The translations under genes were made by a program, and so were the position numbers. Under the pieces are notes generated by a model that saw only the letters and a program-made list of their open reading frames with translations, made no database searches and was not told the DNA's origin. Shown piece after piece: positions 41,246 through 52,829 of a DNA stretch of 64,000 bases; position 1 is the first letter of the stretch; each line of letters starts with the position of its first letter. Source of the stretch: the human T2T-CHM13v2.0 reference genome, Homo sapiens; the NCBI RefSeq assembly GCF_009914755.1, contig NC_060935.1; one strand, written 5' to 3'.

Positions 41246-42429
41246 ATACTCCAGCTATAGTGGATGATTGACTACAGGCAGGCAAAATTAATACAGGTGA
41301 GACTCGTGATAAAGCTGTTGTTAGAATCCATCTGAGTGGAGATGGTGGCATGGCTAGTGTGTGGCAGTGAGTGAGAATGGATCAGATGTGGCTATATTTT
41401 GAAAGTGGAGCTAATAGGAATTGAATATGCATTGGATGTGGGATGTGAGTGGAAAAAGGAGATGGGAAAAGAAGTAGAGAGGAGCAGCCTAGGGGACAAA
41501 CACCAGACCTCATCTTTCCAGACCTTTCTAGCTCTCGTGAGCCTATGACCCAAGGTTCTAAGAGGTCTTGGTGAAGATCTTCAACAAAAGCCCAGAAAAC
41601 ACCTGTTATTGGTGGCCAGCAAAGAAGCCTAGACCCCTCCATGCCCATTTCCACGGGAGCTTCCCCAGGCCCTCTCAGAGCTCATAAGCCTGCTCCCTGT
41701 GGGACGGGACTTCAGCTCTGACTGCTTGTTCCAGGGGCACTGGAGCGGAAACAAAGAAAAAAAATGAAGATTTAAGAGTGAGGGGGGGGAAATGAATCTC
41801 TTGTTGTTTTTCCAATAAAGTAATTCACTAGATAATGGCTTTTGAGCAGTCTAAGCAGAGAAAATGAATGAGAATAAAAATTAAAACAAAACCCCAAAAA
41901 TTAACATAACTAAATAGCATGGATGATCCCAGAGGAGGAAGGGAAGCAAAGTCAGGACAGGGGCTGCCTCACTTCCTTGGAAACTCTGCCAAGTTGAGAT
42001 TGAAGCCCCTCCAAGCAGGGCCACCTGAGGTTAGCTTGACCCCTGCCCAGGCTACAGGGCCAGTTCTGCCAATCTGGCTGGTGCAGTGGAGCCATATGAG
42101 GGGCAGGGAGGTCTTTGTCAGACCTCTAACTCCATGCATCCACCCAACAATTCCTAAGAAGAAGGAGGCACCCTCACCACTGTGCACCCCCTCTTTCCCT
42201 CTTACCTTGGGGCAGCCAGAAGGATTCATTATAAGCCACAATGCTGGGGGCTGGATGATGCGAGGGCACTAATTTAAAGCCAGAGACAACCATGGTTCTT
42301 TGTTGAGATCATTTCCAAAAAATTAGTGTATGCATGTGAGGACTGAGATTTTGAAGCTCTCTCTTCCTCCCTGCCCCTTATTTTCTCCCTTCCTGTTCCT
42401 GAATCAGGCTAAAATAATACTATGAACTA

Positions 42430-42740
42430 TAATAATGATAGCTACTTCTCCTCTCTACCATTTATTGTTCACCATATATCTGCCAGGCACACTGCTAAGT
42501 GGTTTCCTTGCATTAACTCATTTTATCATCAATAGCCACCTTGTGAGATAGATATTATTATCTGCACTTCACACCTGATAATGTTAGCTCACATTTATCC
42601 AAATCATTCCATCTGCCAGACACTGTGCAAAGAATTGGTGTTGTGTCATTATACGGAAGGTACTACTCTCATCCCCATATCACAGAGGAGGAAATTCACT
42701 CAGAGAAGCAAGGTAACTTGCTCAAGGTTTTACACCCTGT
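42430..42740 (-). mobile_element. MIR fragments
   Basis: 'tgccaggcacactgctaagtg', 'cccatatcacagaggaggaaattcactcagagaagcaaggtaacttgctcaagg'. Confidence 0.65.
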
Positions 42741-43664
42741 CAGGAGCAGGCCTGAGATGTCCGGGCAAGATTTCCTCAGAAGGGATCATAGCCTGGGAAG
42801 GCCCAGCCATCATTGTAGGCCAATTCAAGCTACTAAGGAAGCCCCCTATAGGCACTCTCAGTAACAGCTTTACTGAGATATCTGTGTTCTCTTTGCTCAC
42901 AACACCGCTGGCACCAAATGCAGGGGGTTTTCCACCTGCCAGCCAACTCTCCAGCTCTCCAGACACCAAGTGGGTGTTCTGCAATTCAATTCAGTTCTGA
43001 CAATAGCTACCCATAGTTAGCGCAGGCCTCACAGGTTAAGGGCTCAGTGCTACAAGACTCCCTTCACTGCAGATGCTAATTGCAAGTCTGAGCCTTCCAG
43101 ATGGACCAGCTATAAACTAGGGGTTCCCAGGACCCCCCTCCTTGAGTTTTATAATTTGCTTGAATGGCTCACAGAACTGAGAAAGAACTTTACCGTTACC
43201 AGTTTATTGTACAGGACACAACTCAGGAACAGCCAAATGGAAGAGATGCAGGGGGCAAGGTATGGGAGCAGGGCCACATCACCCTTCCAGCATCCCTGAT
43301 GTGTTCACCAACCCGGGAGCTCTCTGAACTACTTCATTTAGGAGGTTTTAATGGAGGCTCCATTCACAGGCATGACTGATTACATCATTGGCCACAGGTG
43401 GTTAACTCATCTTCAGCTTCTCTCTCTGCCTGGAGGTCTGTGAGTGGAGCTGATAGTTCCAAATCTCTAATCACTTGTAGGTTTTTCTGGTGAACAGCCC
43501 CCACCTGAAGCTGTCTAGGGACCGTCCCCCCTAGCCGCCCCCCACCCACCAGCCACCCATCATCTCATTAGCATACAAACAGTACCCTTATGCCTCTAGA
43601 GATTTTAAGGGATTTAGGAACTGTGTGCCAGAATCCTCCAGAAACCTAAGACAAAGACCAAATG

Positions 43665-43998
43665 CACCATGAGCCCTCTGCCCTCTACATCTGTAAATTC
43701 AATGCAAATTCAATGAAAATATTTGGAAAACATAATACGTAACATAAACATAACAAACATAAATAAAAAATAATACAACAATTTAAAATAACACAAATTT
43801 TAAAAATATAGTGTAACAACAATTTACATAGCATTACATTGTAATAAGAATCTAGAGATGATTTAAAGTACATGGGAGGCAGTGTATAGGTTATATGCAA
43901 ATACCACACCATGTTATATAAGGTACTTGAGCATCATAGATTTAATTTCTGAGGGGGGATTCCAGAACCAATCCCCCACAGATATTGAAGGATGACTG
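43665..43998 (-). mobile_element. MER2 (Tigger-derived)
   Basis: 'tctagagatgatttaaagtacatgggagg...aggttatatgcaaatac...aaccaatcccccacagatattgaaggatgactg|ta'. Confidence 0.85.
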
Positions 43999-44010
43999 TA
44001 TATTTCTTAT

Positions 44011-44685
44011 TGTTACCACTGGCAAATCCATATGGGTCTACATCAACCTGAATTCTTGCCTCCTCAGAAGACTGAGGGGGTATAAGGCAGAGTGAGAGAC
44101 CAAGGCAAGTTTTAGAGCAGGAGTGAAAGTTTGTTAAAAAGCTTTAGAGCAGGAATGAAGGGAAGTAAAGTACACTCGGAAGAGGGCCAAGCGGGCAACT
44201 TGAGAGATCAAGCGTACGGTTTAACCTTTCGACTTGGGGTTTTATATGTTGGCATTCTTCCGGGGTCTTGCACTACTTCTCCCCTGATTCTTCCCTTGGG
44301 GCGGGCTGTCCACATGTACAGTGGCCTGCTAGCACTTGGGAGGGGCCGCATGCACAGTGTGCATGCTCACTTGAGGCATTTTCCCCTTACCAATCCAGTG
44401 TTCCTAAACAAAGGTCATCTGCCACTTTCCCTCTTAGTGCGCATGCTTGAGCCCACTTGCCCAACTCCTGAGAGCTTATTGGGAAGCTGCTGATCATCAG
44501 TTTTAGATGTTTCTATCTGTTGGGAGGCTGCCGTTCCCTGGCACCGGCTGCAACCAATTATTATTTTAGAGAGATAGCTTAACAACTGCCTGACCATCAC
44601 CTGACGGTCGCCTGACATTCCTGGTGGGGGTTGGGGGAAGCTCTCTCCTGCCCTGCTCATGTTTGACTAGCTACCTACGGTAACA
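44011..44685 (-). mobile_element. Solo LTR9-like (ERV1)
   Basis: Minus strand starts 'tgttaccgtaggtagctagtcaaacatgagcagggcaggagag...ccaggaatgtcaggcgacc'; near-TSD TTAT/TTAC. Confidence 0.8.
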
Positions 44686-44695
44686 TTACTTCACA

Positions 44696-45185
44696 AATCA
44701 TCTAATTCACACATTTAAAGTATATGATTAAATGGTTTTAATATATTCAGACTTGTGCAACTATCACCACAAGTTAGAACATTTGAATCACCTCAAAAAG
44801 AAATCTCTCATACCTTAGTTATCATCCCCAACTCTCCATTCTCACAGCTCTAGGCAACCGCTAATCTACTTCCTTTTTCAGTGAATTTGCCTATTCTGGA
44901 CATTTCATATAAATAGAATCATGCAATACATGACTTTTATGACTGTCTTCTTTTACTTAACATGATGTTTTCAAGGTTCATCTTTGTATATATCATGCTT
45001 TAGTACTTCATTTCTTTTTATTGCCAAATAATATTCCATTGCAGCGCTATATCATACTTTATCCATTCGTCTGTTGGTAGACATATGGGTGGTTTCCACT
45101 TTGGAGACATTATGAATAATGCCACTATCAACACTCAAGTAAAAGTTTTTGTGTGGATATAAGTTTTCATTTCCTTTTGGCATTT
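44696..45185 (-). mobile_element. L1MB-like 3' fragment
   Basis: 'gctctaggcaaccgctaatctacttc...ttgcctattctggacatttcatataaatagaatcatgcaata'. Confidence 0.8.
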
Positions 45186-45499
45186 TTCTACAGGCCTCTG
45201 AGATAGTGTTAAAGACAAACATTTGAAAGTGAACTTTAATGAAGTCCAGAAGAGTGAGCTGCACTATCTTCAGCTTTCTGTGCCACTAATTTAATCCACA
45301 TAACAACCTTGTGAAATAGATTTTTTTAATTCATATTTTAGAGTCAGATAAATAAAATCTATCTCTGTCCTCCAAACCCATGCTCTTAAGCACTATGCAA
45401 TACAGCCTACCACTCAAATTGGGGGAAAGGGATGTTATTCCCATTTCTGCACATAATATGGTGTGGCTTAGCAGTCTAACAAGTTCTGGAGAAAACTGT

Positions 45500-45827
45500 T
45501 GAAACTGCTAGGTGGGAAGGGCTCCCTGGCAAAACTCCAACCAGCCTATGCACTGGGAGGAGTGCACACCTGGGTGGAGCCACAGAAGTTTGTGCTGTTT
45601 GTAGTGGGGAGGAGACTGGCCCCTCCTCTTCCTTTGTGGAACCTGGGAACTGAGAGGCTGGAAGCGCACTAGCAGGGACTCTGGCTTTGCAGAGGGTCCC
45701 TGTTTCCCTTTTTTCCTTTTCACCCAATAAACCCTGCCCTGCTCACCCTTCAAATTGCGACCCTAAATTTTGTGGCCGTGTGACAAGGACCTCACCTTTA
45801 GCTGAACTAAGGAAAAGTCCCACAACA
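45500..45827 (+). mobile_element. Solo LTR, MER61-like (ERV1)
   Basis: 'aaaactccaaccagcctatgcactgggagg...ggtggagccacagaagtt...cccaataaaccctgcc...gctgaactaagg...caaca'; TSD CTGT at 45496-45499 and 45828-45831. Confidence 0.8.
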
Positions 45828-45828
45828 C

Positions 45829-46519
45829 TGTGAAAGGAAACTAAAAATCTGGGACCCCAAACTCATTATGCCACAGGGAAAAGTCAAGCTTGAAAACTGA
45901 GTTATGCAAAACTGCCTTCCATTTTGTTCCTAAATAGATTGATAGAAAGAAGGTTACTGACCTCCCCAAGGGTCCTGCCTCACAATTTGCTTACAAGGAA
46001 ATTCCTTGTGGGCCCCAAGATCTTTACCCTAAAACAATTCTGTTGAATTTCACCCAAACAATGTAAATTAACAGATTATCTTCACAGGTATGGGACAAAG
46101 ACAGGATTAGGAGTCATCCTTCCCTCACTTAAGACAAATGCATGTTTGACTGCGTTATCTACTGTTTATTTTACGTAAAAATGTAGATTAACCACACACC
46201 AGATGAATGCATAATTGACTCTTCCTCTACCCGCTTCTTTCACATGTAAAATATGGATTCAGTGACTGCTGATCAAAGCTTCAAAAGAATGCAATTGCTT
46301 TTCTCTTTTATTTACCCTACCCCCTTTTCTTTCCACTTTCCCTTACTGCCTGCTCTTTCCCCTTTAAATACAAAAGTTCTCAAACCCTGTTTGGAAAAAG
46401 CACAGATCACAGATGTTCCTGTGATTTTGTGTTCCTTTTTGCCAGGCACATGCTCAATTTTGGCAAAATAAACCTGTAAAATGATTGAGACTTACCTCCG
46501 TCACGTCGTTTGATTTACA
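45829..46519 (+). mobile_element. Solo LTR, MER4-family (ERV1)
   Basis: 'tgtgaaaggaaactaaaaatctgggaccccaaactc...gggaaaagtcaagct'; ends 'gatttaca'; near-TSD AAAC (45493-45496) / GAAC (46520-46523). Confidence 0.8.
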
Positions 46520-47070
46520 GAACACATTGTCATTTGGCATCTCAAGGGTGTTGTGACTTTCGGAGTGTCTGAAGCTTGCTTCCTGGGCTGGGCAGTATTT
46601 ATTTCATGAAGGACAACAGCAGTCACAGCAGAGGAAAAGCATTTTCCTTAAGTGGCTTGTGGGTGATAGACACCAACTAGGAAGGTGGAGCAGAGGAACA
46701 GAAGACCATTATTGCGTGCGTGTAAGACATCTCTAGAGACATCTGAAAATAAGTGAAAAGCATAGGCAGAGAACTAAGATGAGCCATTGAAATGAGGGAA
46801 TTAATGCTAATGTGAACCTATTTGTACCAGTTACAGGTTGTGGGGAGTTAAAGAAACCTACGTTAAACATACCAGCCATTTTAGGGCTTTTTCCTCTTAC
46901 TGCCCCCTCTGTCTGGACACCTTCACCACCACCACCACCACGTTGCCAAAGTGGGAATATGCTAAAATGTGGTGCACCTGGAGTTACGCAGTAACTTTGC
47001 AATAGAGATAACAGAGCATCCCAATTACTGACCCTAGTCAGGGTTGTTGACTCTAATCACACTTGAAAGC

Positions 47071-47457
47071 TGTTTTAGTCTGTTTGTGCTGGTATAACAG
47101 AATTTCTGGGACTGGGTATTTTATAGAAGAGAAATTTACTTTCTTATAATTCTGGAGGCTGTGAAATCCAAGATCAAGAGACCAGCAGGTTCAGCTTCTC
47201 TAGTGAAGGATGCATCCTACTTGCAAGATGGCACCTTAATGTTGGATTCTCCAGAGGGGAGGAGTGTTGTGTCCTCACATGGCAAAAGGCAGAAGGATAA
47301 AAGGGAGGAGCTCCCTCTCTCAAGGCCCTTTATATGGGAACTGAATCCTATTCATGAGGGAGGAGTCTTCATAGCCTAATCACCTCTTAAAGCCCCACCT
47401 CTTGATAGTGTCACATTGGCAACACCTGAATTTGGGAGAGGACACATTCAAGCAGTT
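47071..47457 (-). mobile_element. MaLR LTR (MST-like)
   Basis: 'tgttttagtctgtttgtgctggtataacagaat...tctggaggctgtgaaatccaagatcaag...cctaatcacctcttaaagccccacctctt'. Confidence 0.8.
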
Positions 47458-47478
47458 ACACTTGGATTTTCTTTGAAG

Positions 47479-47772
47479 TTTGTTTTTGTTTTTGTTTTTT
47501 TGAGACAGGATCTTACTCTATCACCCAGGCTGGAGTGCAGTGGTGTGATTATAGCTCACCATAACACTCAAACCCGTGGGCTCAAGCGATCCTCCTGCCT
47601 CAGGCACTAGGATTGCAGCTGTACCACTACACCTGGCTAATTTTATAATTTCTTGTAGAGACAGGGTCTCACTATGTTTTCCTAGCTAATCTCAAACTCC
47701 TGCCTCAAGCAATTCTCCAGTCTCGGCCTCCCACAGCATTGGAATTACAGGCATGAGCCACCTTGCCTGGCC
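47479..47772 (-). mobile_element. AluJ-like
   Basis: Diverged reverse Alu with a (TTTTTG)n tail. Confidence 0.85.
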
Positions 47773-48659
47773 CTCTCAGAAGTCCTCTTTCACCTGTACT
47801 CCAATGAGAATACGTCATTTTCTCTGGATTTCTGGGTGCAAGGATTTTTTTCCTAGACCACTTTGTTGGTTCTGTTTTGTCTTTCAGAAAGCAAAAAATA
47901 AAGATCCCATTCTAGATGCTAAGTGCTTGAAAAACAGTGATCATTTATATTTTTACAGTAAGTTGAAAGATTAATAAAAAAGATCATTCCCTTGGAGTCT
48001 TCTTTTCTCACCTCCTGCCTAGGAAACCAGCATCAACACAGTGTTTGAAAGGTTAGTAGTGCTTTTATTGTATTCTACCATCCACATGACTTTCAAGTGT
48101 AGAGTTTTCTGGAGTTTGAGCATATCAAGGTTGATCCTATAGGTAGTGATAAAGGCAAATAGTGCTAGAAGCAACCATAATAGATGGGAGAGTGAGAGAT
48201 TTTTTTAGGGTTTTTCTTCATCCCCAGACCAGGGATGGAGGCCAGGGTTTGGAGGCTTCACCTATGCCCTTTTCCATATAGAGGGTCCTGAAAGTTTGTT
48301 TTCCATTTGTGCTGGCAAATGATGGTCGTGTTTCTGAGGAAGAGAGAAAGGATGGTGGTGTACACTGAAATCTAAGTTATTGGTAGTCATGGGAAGAGAT
48401 TCCTATGCCTGAATATGTCTGAGAAGTAGGGAGGCTACTTTCTGTCATCAATCCAGAAGAAGCATATCAACCATGACAGTGGACTGAAGGTCAAAAAGAT
48501 TGTACTCAGTGGTCTGGATTTGGTCTGGATTGTGCAAGACATCTGGCTTGGAGGAGGTAGAGAAGGCACCACGTAGATATGTGTAGAGCTGTTAGGAGAT
48601 GAAGGCAGGAGTCTGGGTGTGATGGTGGGGAACTCTCATCTAGAGAGTCTTCAGGGGGC

Positions 48660-48875
48660 AGCAGGGCATTATGGTTGAGAACCTTGGCTTTTGTGTTAAG
48701 ACATACCAGAATTCAAATCCTGGCTCTATCACTTAATACTGATGATGTGACCTTGAGTTAGATGCTTCACCACTGTGAGTCTTTGTTTTCTCATCCATAA
48801 AATCCTACTTCATAGGTTGTTGTAGGGATTAAATCAGATAATGTCTATGAAATACTAACAAGTGTAGTTCAAAAG
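48660..48875 (+). mobile_element. MIR
   Basis: 'ttcaaatcctggctctatcactta...tgtgaccttgagtt...tgagtctttgttttctcatccataaaat'. Confidence 0.75.
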
Positions 48876-48959
48876 CTTAGATGCCAATGAACATGAGGTC
48901 CTTAATGTTTCTAAACTGAAACGAAAATTTTTATTTTTAATGTCATTCTGCCAAAAATG

Positions 48960-49133
48960 GCCCAAAATTTTAACCAACTTTAATGTGTACACCCTTCTCC
49001 TGGAAATTTTGTTAAAATGGAGACTATAATTAGTAGGTCTGTGGTGGGGCCTGAGAGTCTGCATTTGTAACAAGCTCCCGGGTGATACTGATGATGCTGC
49101 AGGTCTCAGGACCACAGTTTGAATAGCAAGCAT
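48960..49133. mobile_element. MER5A-like (hAT-Charlie)
   Basis: 'agtaggtctgtggtggggcctgagagtctgcatttgtaacaagctcccgggtgatactgatg'. Confidence 0.8.
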
Positions 49134-52100
49134 CTAAAGGCATACAGAGCTGACACCTGCTTAATTTACGAGGAAAAAATAAGACAGAAGAAAATAGAGG
49201 ACCATTGCAACTTAAAAGTGCCAGCCCAGTACATACTGCAGTAGCCACTCAATAAATGATAACTGTTGCCATTAATCTTTGAGAACTGAAATTATCTATA
49301 CCCACAGGGCTTACTGTCTACATTAACATGACTTTATTATCCATTGTCTTCATCAATATTATTTATTATTCCAGGACACTCTTGCCATGGAAGATAAAGT
49401 TGCAAATAACTTTATTATCCATTTCAAGAATATCCTGAAAATTTATTTAAATAAACATTAGACTATTCATAGTCCATGTCTACTACAATATAGTCTCAAA
49501 CAATGGTTTACAGTCCAAGACTGTCTTCAAAACCCTTGCCTCATTCTGTCCACTAACCCTAATATGTCACAAGATTACCCGATTCTAATCAAGTCCCCTG
49601 AAACAAAAGGCCTGACTCAAACTACACTCCAAAACCTCATAAATATCCTGCCTTTGCCTTGCCTGCTTTGAGATGATACTAAGAATCTGCCCATTCATCT
49701 TTTGAAAGACATCTTGATGTGAGATTCAGCATTTTTCATGTCATGTACCTTCCCACCCAAGAGAGAAACAAATGGGAGTGGGTGCTGCCTTGAGGGACAT
49801 TGAGAAGGAGGGGGAGGAGGCCTGAGAAATCCCATGTGGTGTTTCCCTCATCAGTGACATTGAAGGCAAGGCTGCCCATGAAATGCAAATGAAAAATCCA
49901 GTTCAGTTCTGCTCATAGAAAAAGGGGCCCCTTTCCCAGCAGGTCCAACCCCTGCTCTTCAAAGTAAATGGCCTTCCCCCAATCCAGGTTCCAGAGACTC
50001 GGTCCCTCACACAAACCCTGAGAACCCTGGTTTCTGCACTGGCCTCTGTGGCACTCCCAGGTTGGAGGATGGGGTTGACAAGCAACCATGAAACTTTCTT
50101 TCATCAGTGCTAGACCCAGGTTTCCCAAAGGAGAAATGGCTCCCCATCAGTTCCCTAGCAAGTAGGTAAGCAGCAGACCTATGAAGGAAGAAGATTGTCC
50201 CTAGCACCTAGAACACCTAGCAAGTAGTAGGTACTCAAAATGTTTGTTGACTAAATGGTTAAAAGGAAGAAGAAATAACAAGTTTAAAAAAATGAACAAT
50301 TTGAGATTTGTTATCAAATATCTTTTATAAAAATTCAAACCTCTCAGAAAGGATCAGAAGATCATCAATTGGACTAATGCCAAAGGATTCCTTTCTAATA
50401 CCTGGTGCAATCAAAAGGGCACTGGAAATTTTGATAAAGAGCTCGGGGAAGGATGGAGATGTCATTGCTGAGCTTGGACAGGAAGGAAAAGATGGTGCTA
50501 GAAGCAGAGAGAGGCAGAGATAGAGGAGTGGTAACAGAAGAAGCATAGCTTATTAGATCTTGATGCTCTGTGAAACCCTGAGTCCAAGAAGTAAGCAATC
50601 ACCAGCCCTGCCCTACCCACTTTCCTTTCTTGCCAGCTGAGATCAAAAGCTGTGCCTTGATCTTAGCTCCTGCCACCCCTCCACTCATGGTTGAAGCCTA
50701 GGGAATACCTGACTGCAATTAGATTTGTAATAATAGCATTGTTTTTACAGTATTGAATGATAGACGATAATATTAGCATGGTTCTGGGCATATAGCAAGA
50801 ACATATAATAAATGCTGCTGGACATACTACTGTTTGAAAATTAAAATGCATTGGACTTGCATTGAATAAAAAAGAATAAATTAATCCTAAAGCAAATAAG
50901 TTAACAGTCTAAGGAAATTGCTTCTCAGACTCCTTTGAATATCATATTTAAGCTGTTTACATTAAACCAGAACAGCCTCTCTTCCCCATTCATCTTCCTA
51001 GACTTCTCTTGTTTGACTCACTAACCTGGCAGTGTATTTTTGTTGTTGTTAAAGGAGGAAAGAACTGATTGGATTAATTTCACATCTTTAAAAAAATCTA
51101 TTTTGATTTGACAGAGTGTATACTCTTTGTGCATAAACAAAAGACATATTTACTATGAGTGTCCATTTTGACTTTAGTTAATAGTTGTTACATTTCCATT
51201 TGTTATCTTAGATAATGACAGTGAGGTAATATCTACAGACTCCTCATGATTATTAATAGTTATGTTTTCATTATTCTGTCAATGTATTTAAAAAAAAACT
51301 AAGCATAAGTCGTAAAAGATATGTGATTTCTTTCTGTGTGGTGTTAATAAGTATCTTCCTTATTCTGCCTTCCATAACTGAGCTAAGGCAGAATTATCAC
51401 TTTTATCACTGCAAAGAAAAATATAAGACTTTAAAATGAGGAAAAGAGATTATTGGATATCCTTTCAATGAAAGGCTGAAGGCCCCAGGAATTATTTAAT
51501 TCCATCTAGGGGTGACTTTGACTAGGCTCTTTTACAATTCTGTAGAGACAGAAGTTAAATTGCAGCACACTGACAGCAGTGCAAACAATTCTTGTCTGTA
51601 AGAATGTAAATTAGGTGTGTCCAGTTGGGATAAAACTGACTATTGCTCTATGGATAGAACACTTTGTTTTTGCAAATTCATTTTAATATTTCTTTACTGC
51701 ATCAAAATTTACACATATGAGTTAAATAAAAACTTTGACATGTGTTCATTTTATGTCTGAAAGTCATAATTTCTATCATTTTTTGAAAATTATTCTTTGA
51801 CATCACATTTAATTTTAGTCACGAATTTTCAGTTAATTAGTAACTTGCACTGACTTGTTGTTTCAGTAATGATGTGGCGTTCTGCCATTTTGGTCAGCAC
51901 AGCAAGATGGGACAAAATACTTACAACTTAAGAACAACAAGATCCTGGCCTAAAATCCAATCCAAGTAGAAACCAGTTCCTTTCACCCAAATTTCCAATT
52001 CATTTGATAGTAACTCACATGCATGTTGGCTAAACTTATTGACAGTGGTTTCAACAGAGATGGTAATAGCCAAAGTAGTCAGCAACTGTCATGGGGAACT

Positions 52101-52829
52101 GGAAGGGCCTTCCATATTTAAAAGATTCACTGTGAATGACGCTGGGATTTTGGTTAATGGTTAAAGTACAAAGCTTTGTAAAAAACAAAAAACCAAAAAC
52201 AAAAACCAAACATTAGTAAGCTGGGCTATGGAAAATTTCATGTCTTTACAATAAAATTGCTTTACAATAAAGAAAATTTATCGCACTTCAAAAAGCAATA
52301 CTAAGAAAGGCCAACTATGACCTCACCAGATTTACAGCAGGCTGTACAATGATAAGCTTACGTGGGCCAGTGCCAAGACGAGCTACTTCCCAGAAGAGTA
52401 GAACACACTACATGGACTGCCAGACAACAGCCTTCAATGGAGAAATCTCTCTGTAAAACAGCACTTACCGATATGTGGGTCAGAGTAAGGGAACAGTAGC
52501 TACTTATTGAATGAATGAGCAAATGAATGAACCAGTGAGCATCCTCAGAAGTCAGAGAGTTAGTTATGTCATGGAATCAGCAAACCATGGTATGCAACAA
52601 ATGCTGCTTGGAAGGCTGAGGAAAATATTCCATATATCTACTCATGCCTGCCAGTTCCCAAGGTAATTGTGGCAACACAAACAAATTTATCAAAAGCACC
52701 ATTAAATGTATTGCAGTTTTTTGCTATTTGTATTGGTTCCTGCGGATACAAATTAAAATTATGGCATTTATGGTGGAAAGGTCTCTGAAATTTTTCAATG
52801 TTTTAAATGGGAATGTCTTGCTCAAAAAA

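Larger units (their letters stand above)
29925..41460 (-). mobile_element. L2 host element, in pieces (29925-30441, 40698-40765, 41245-41460) separated by later insertions
   Basis: L2 3' end 'cattcattcgttcaattatttatt...tactgaatgcctaatacatgccagg'; the text 'ggattt|attct|taagtgtgattggcagctgttaaaggctttt' rejoins across the insertions. Confidence 0.7.
42870..44695 (-). mobile_element. MER21-like LTR, split by MER2 and LTR9
   Basis: 'ccagacaccaagtgggtgttctgcaattcaattcagttctgaca', 'catctcattagcatacaa', and a 5' end 'caaagaccaaa|tatatttcttat|ttcaca' that rejoins across the insertions. Confidence 0.65.
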
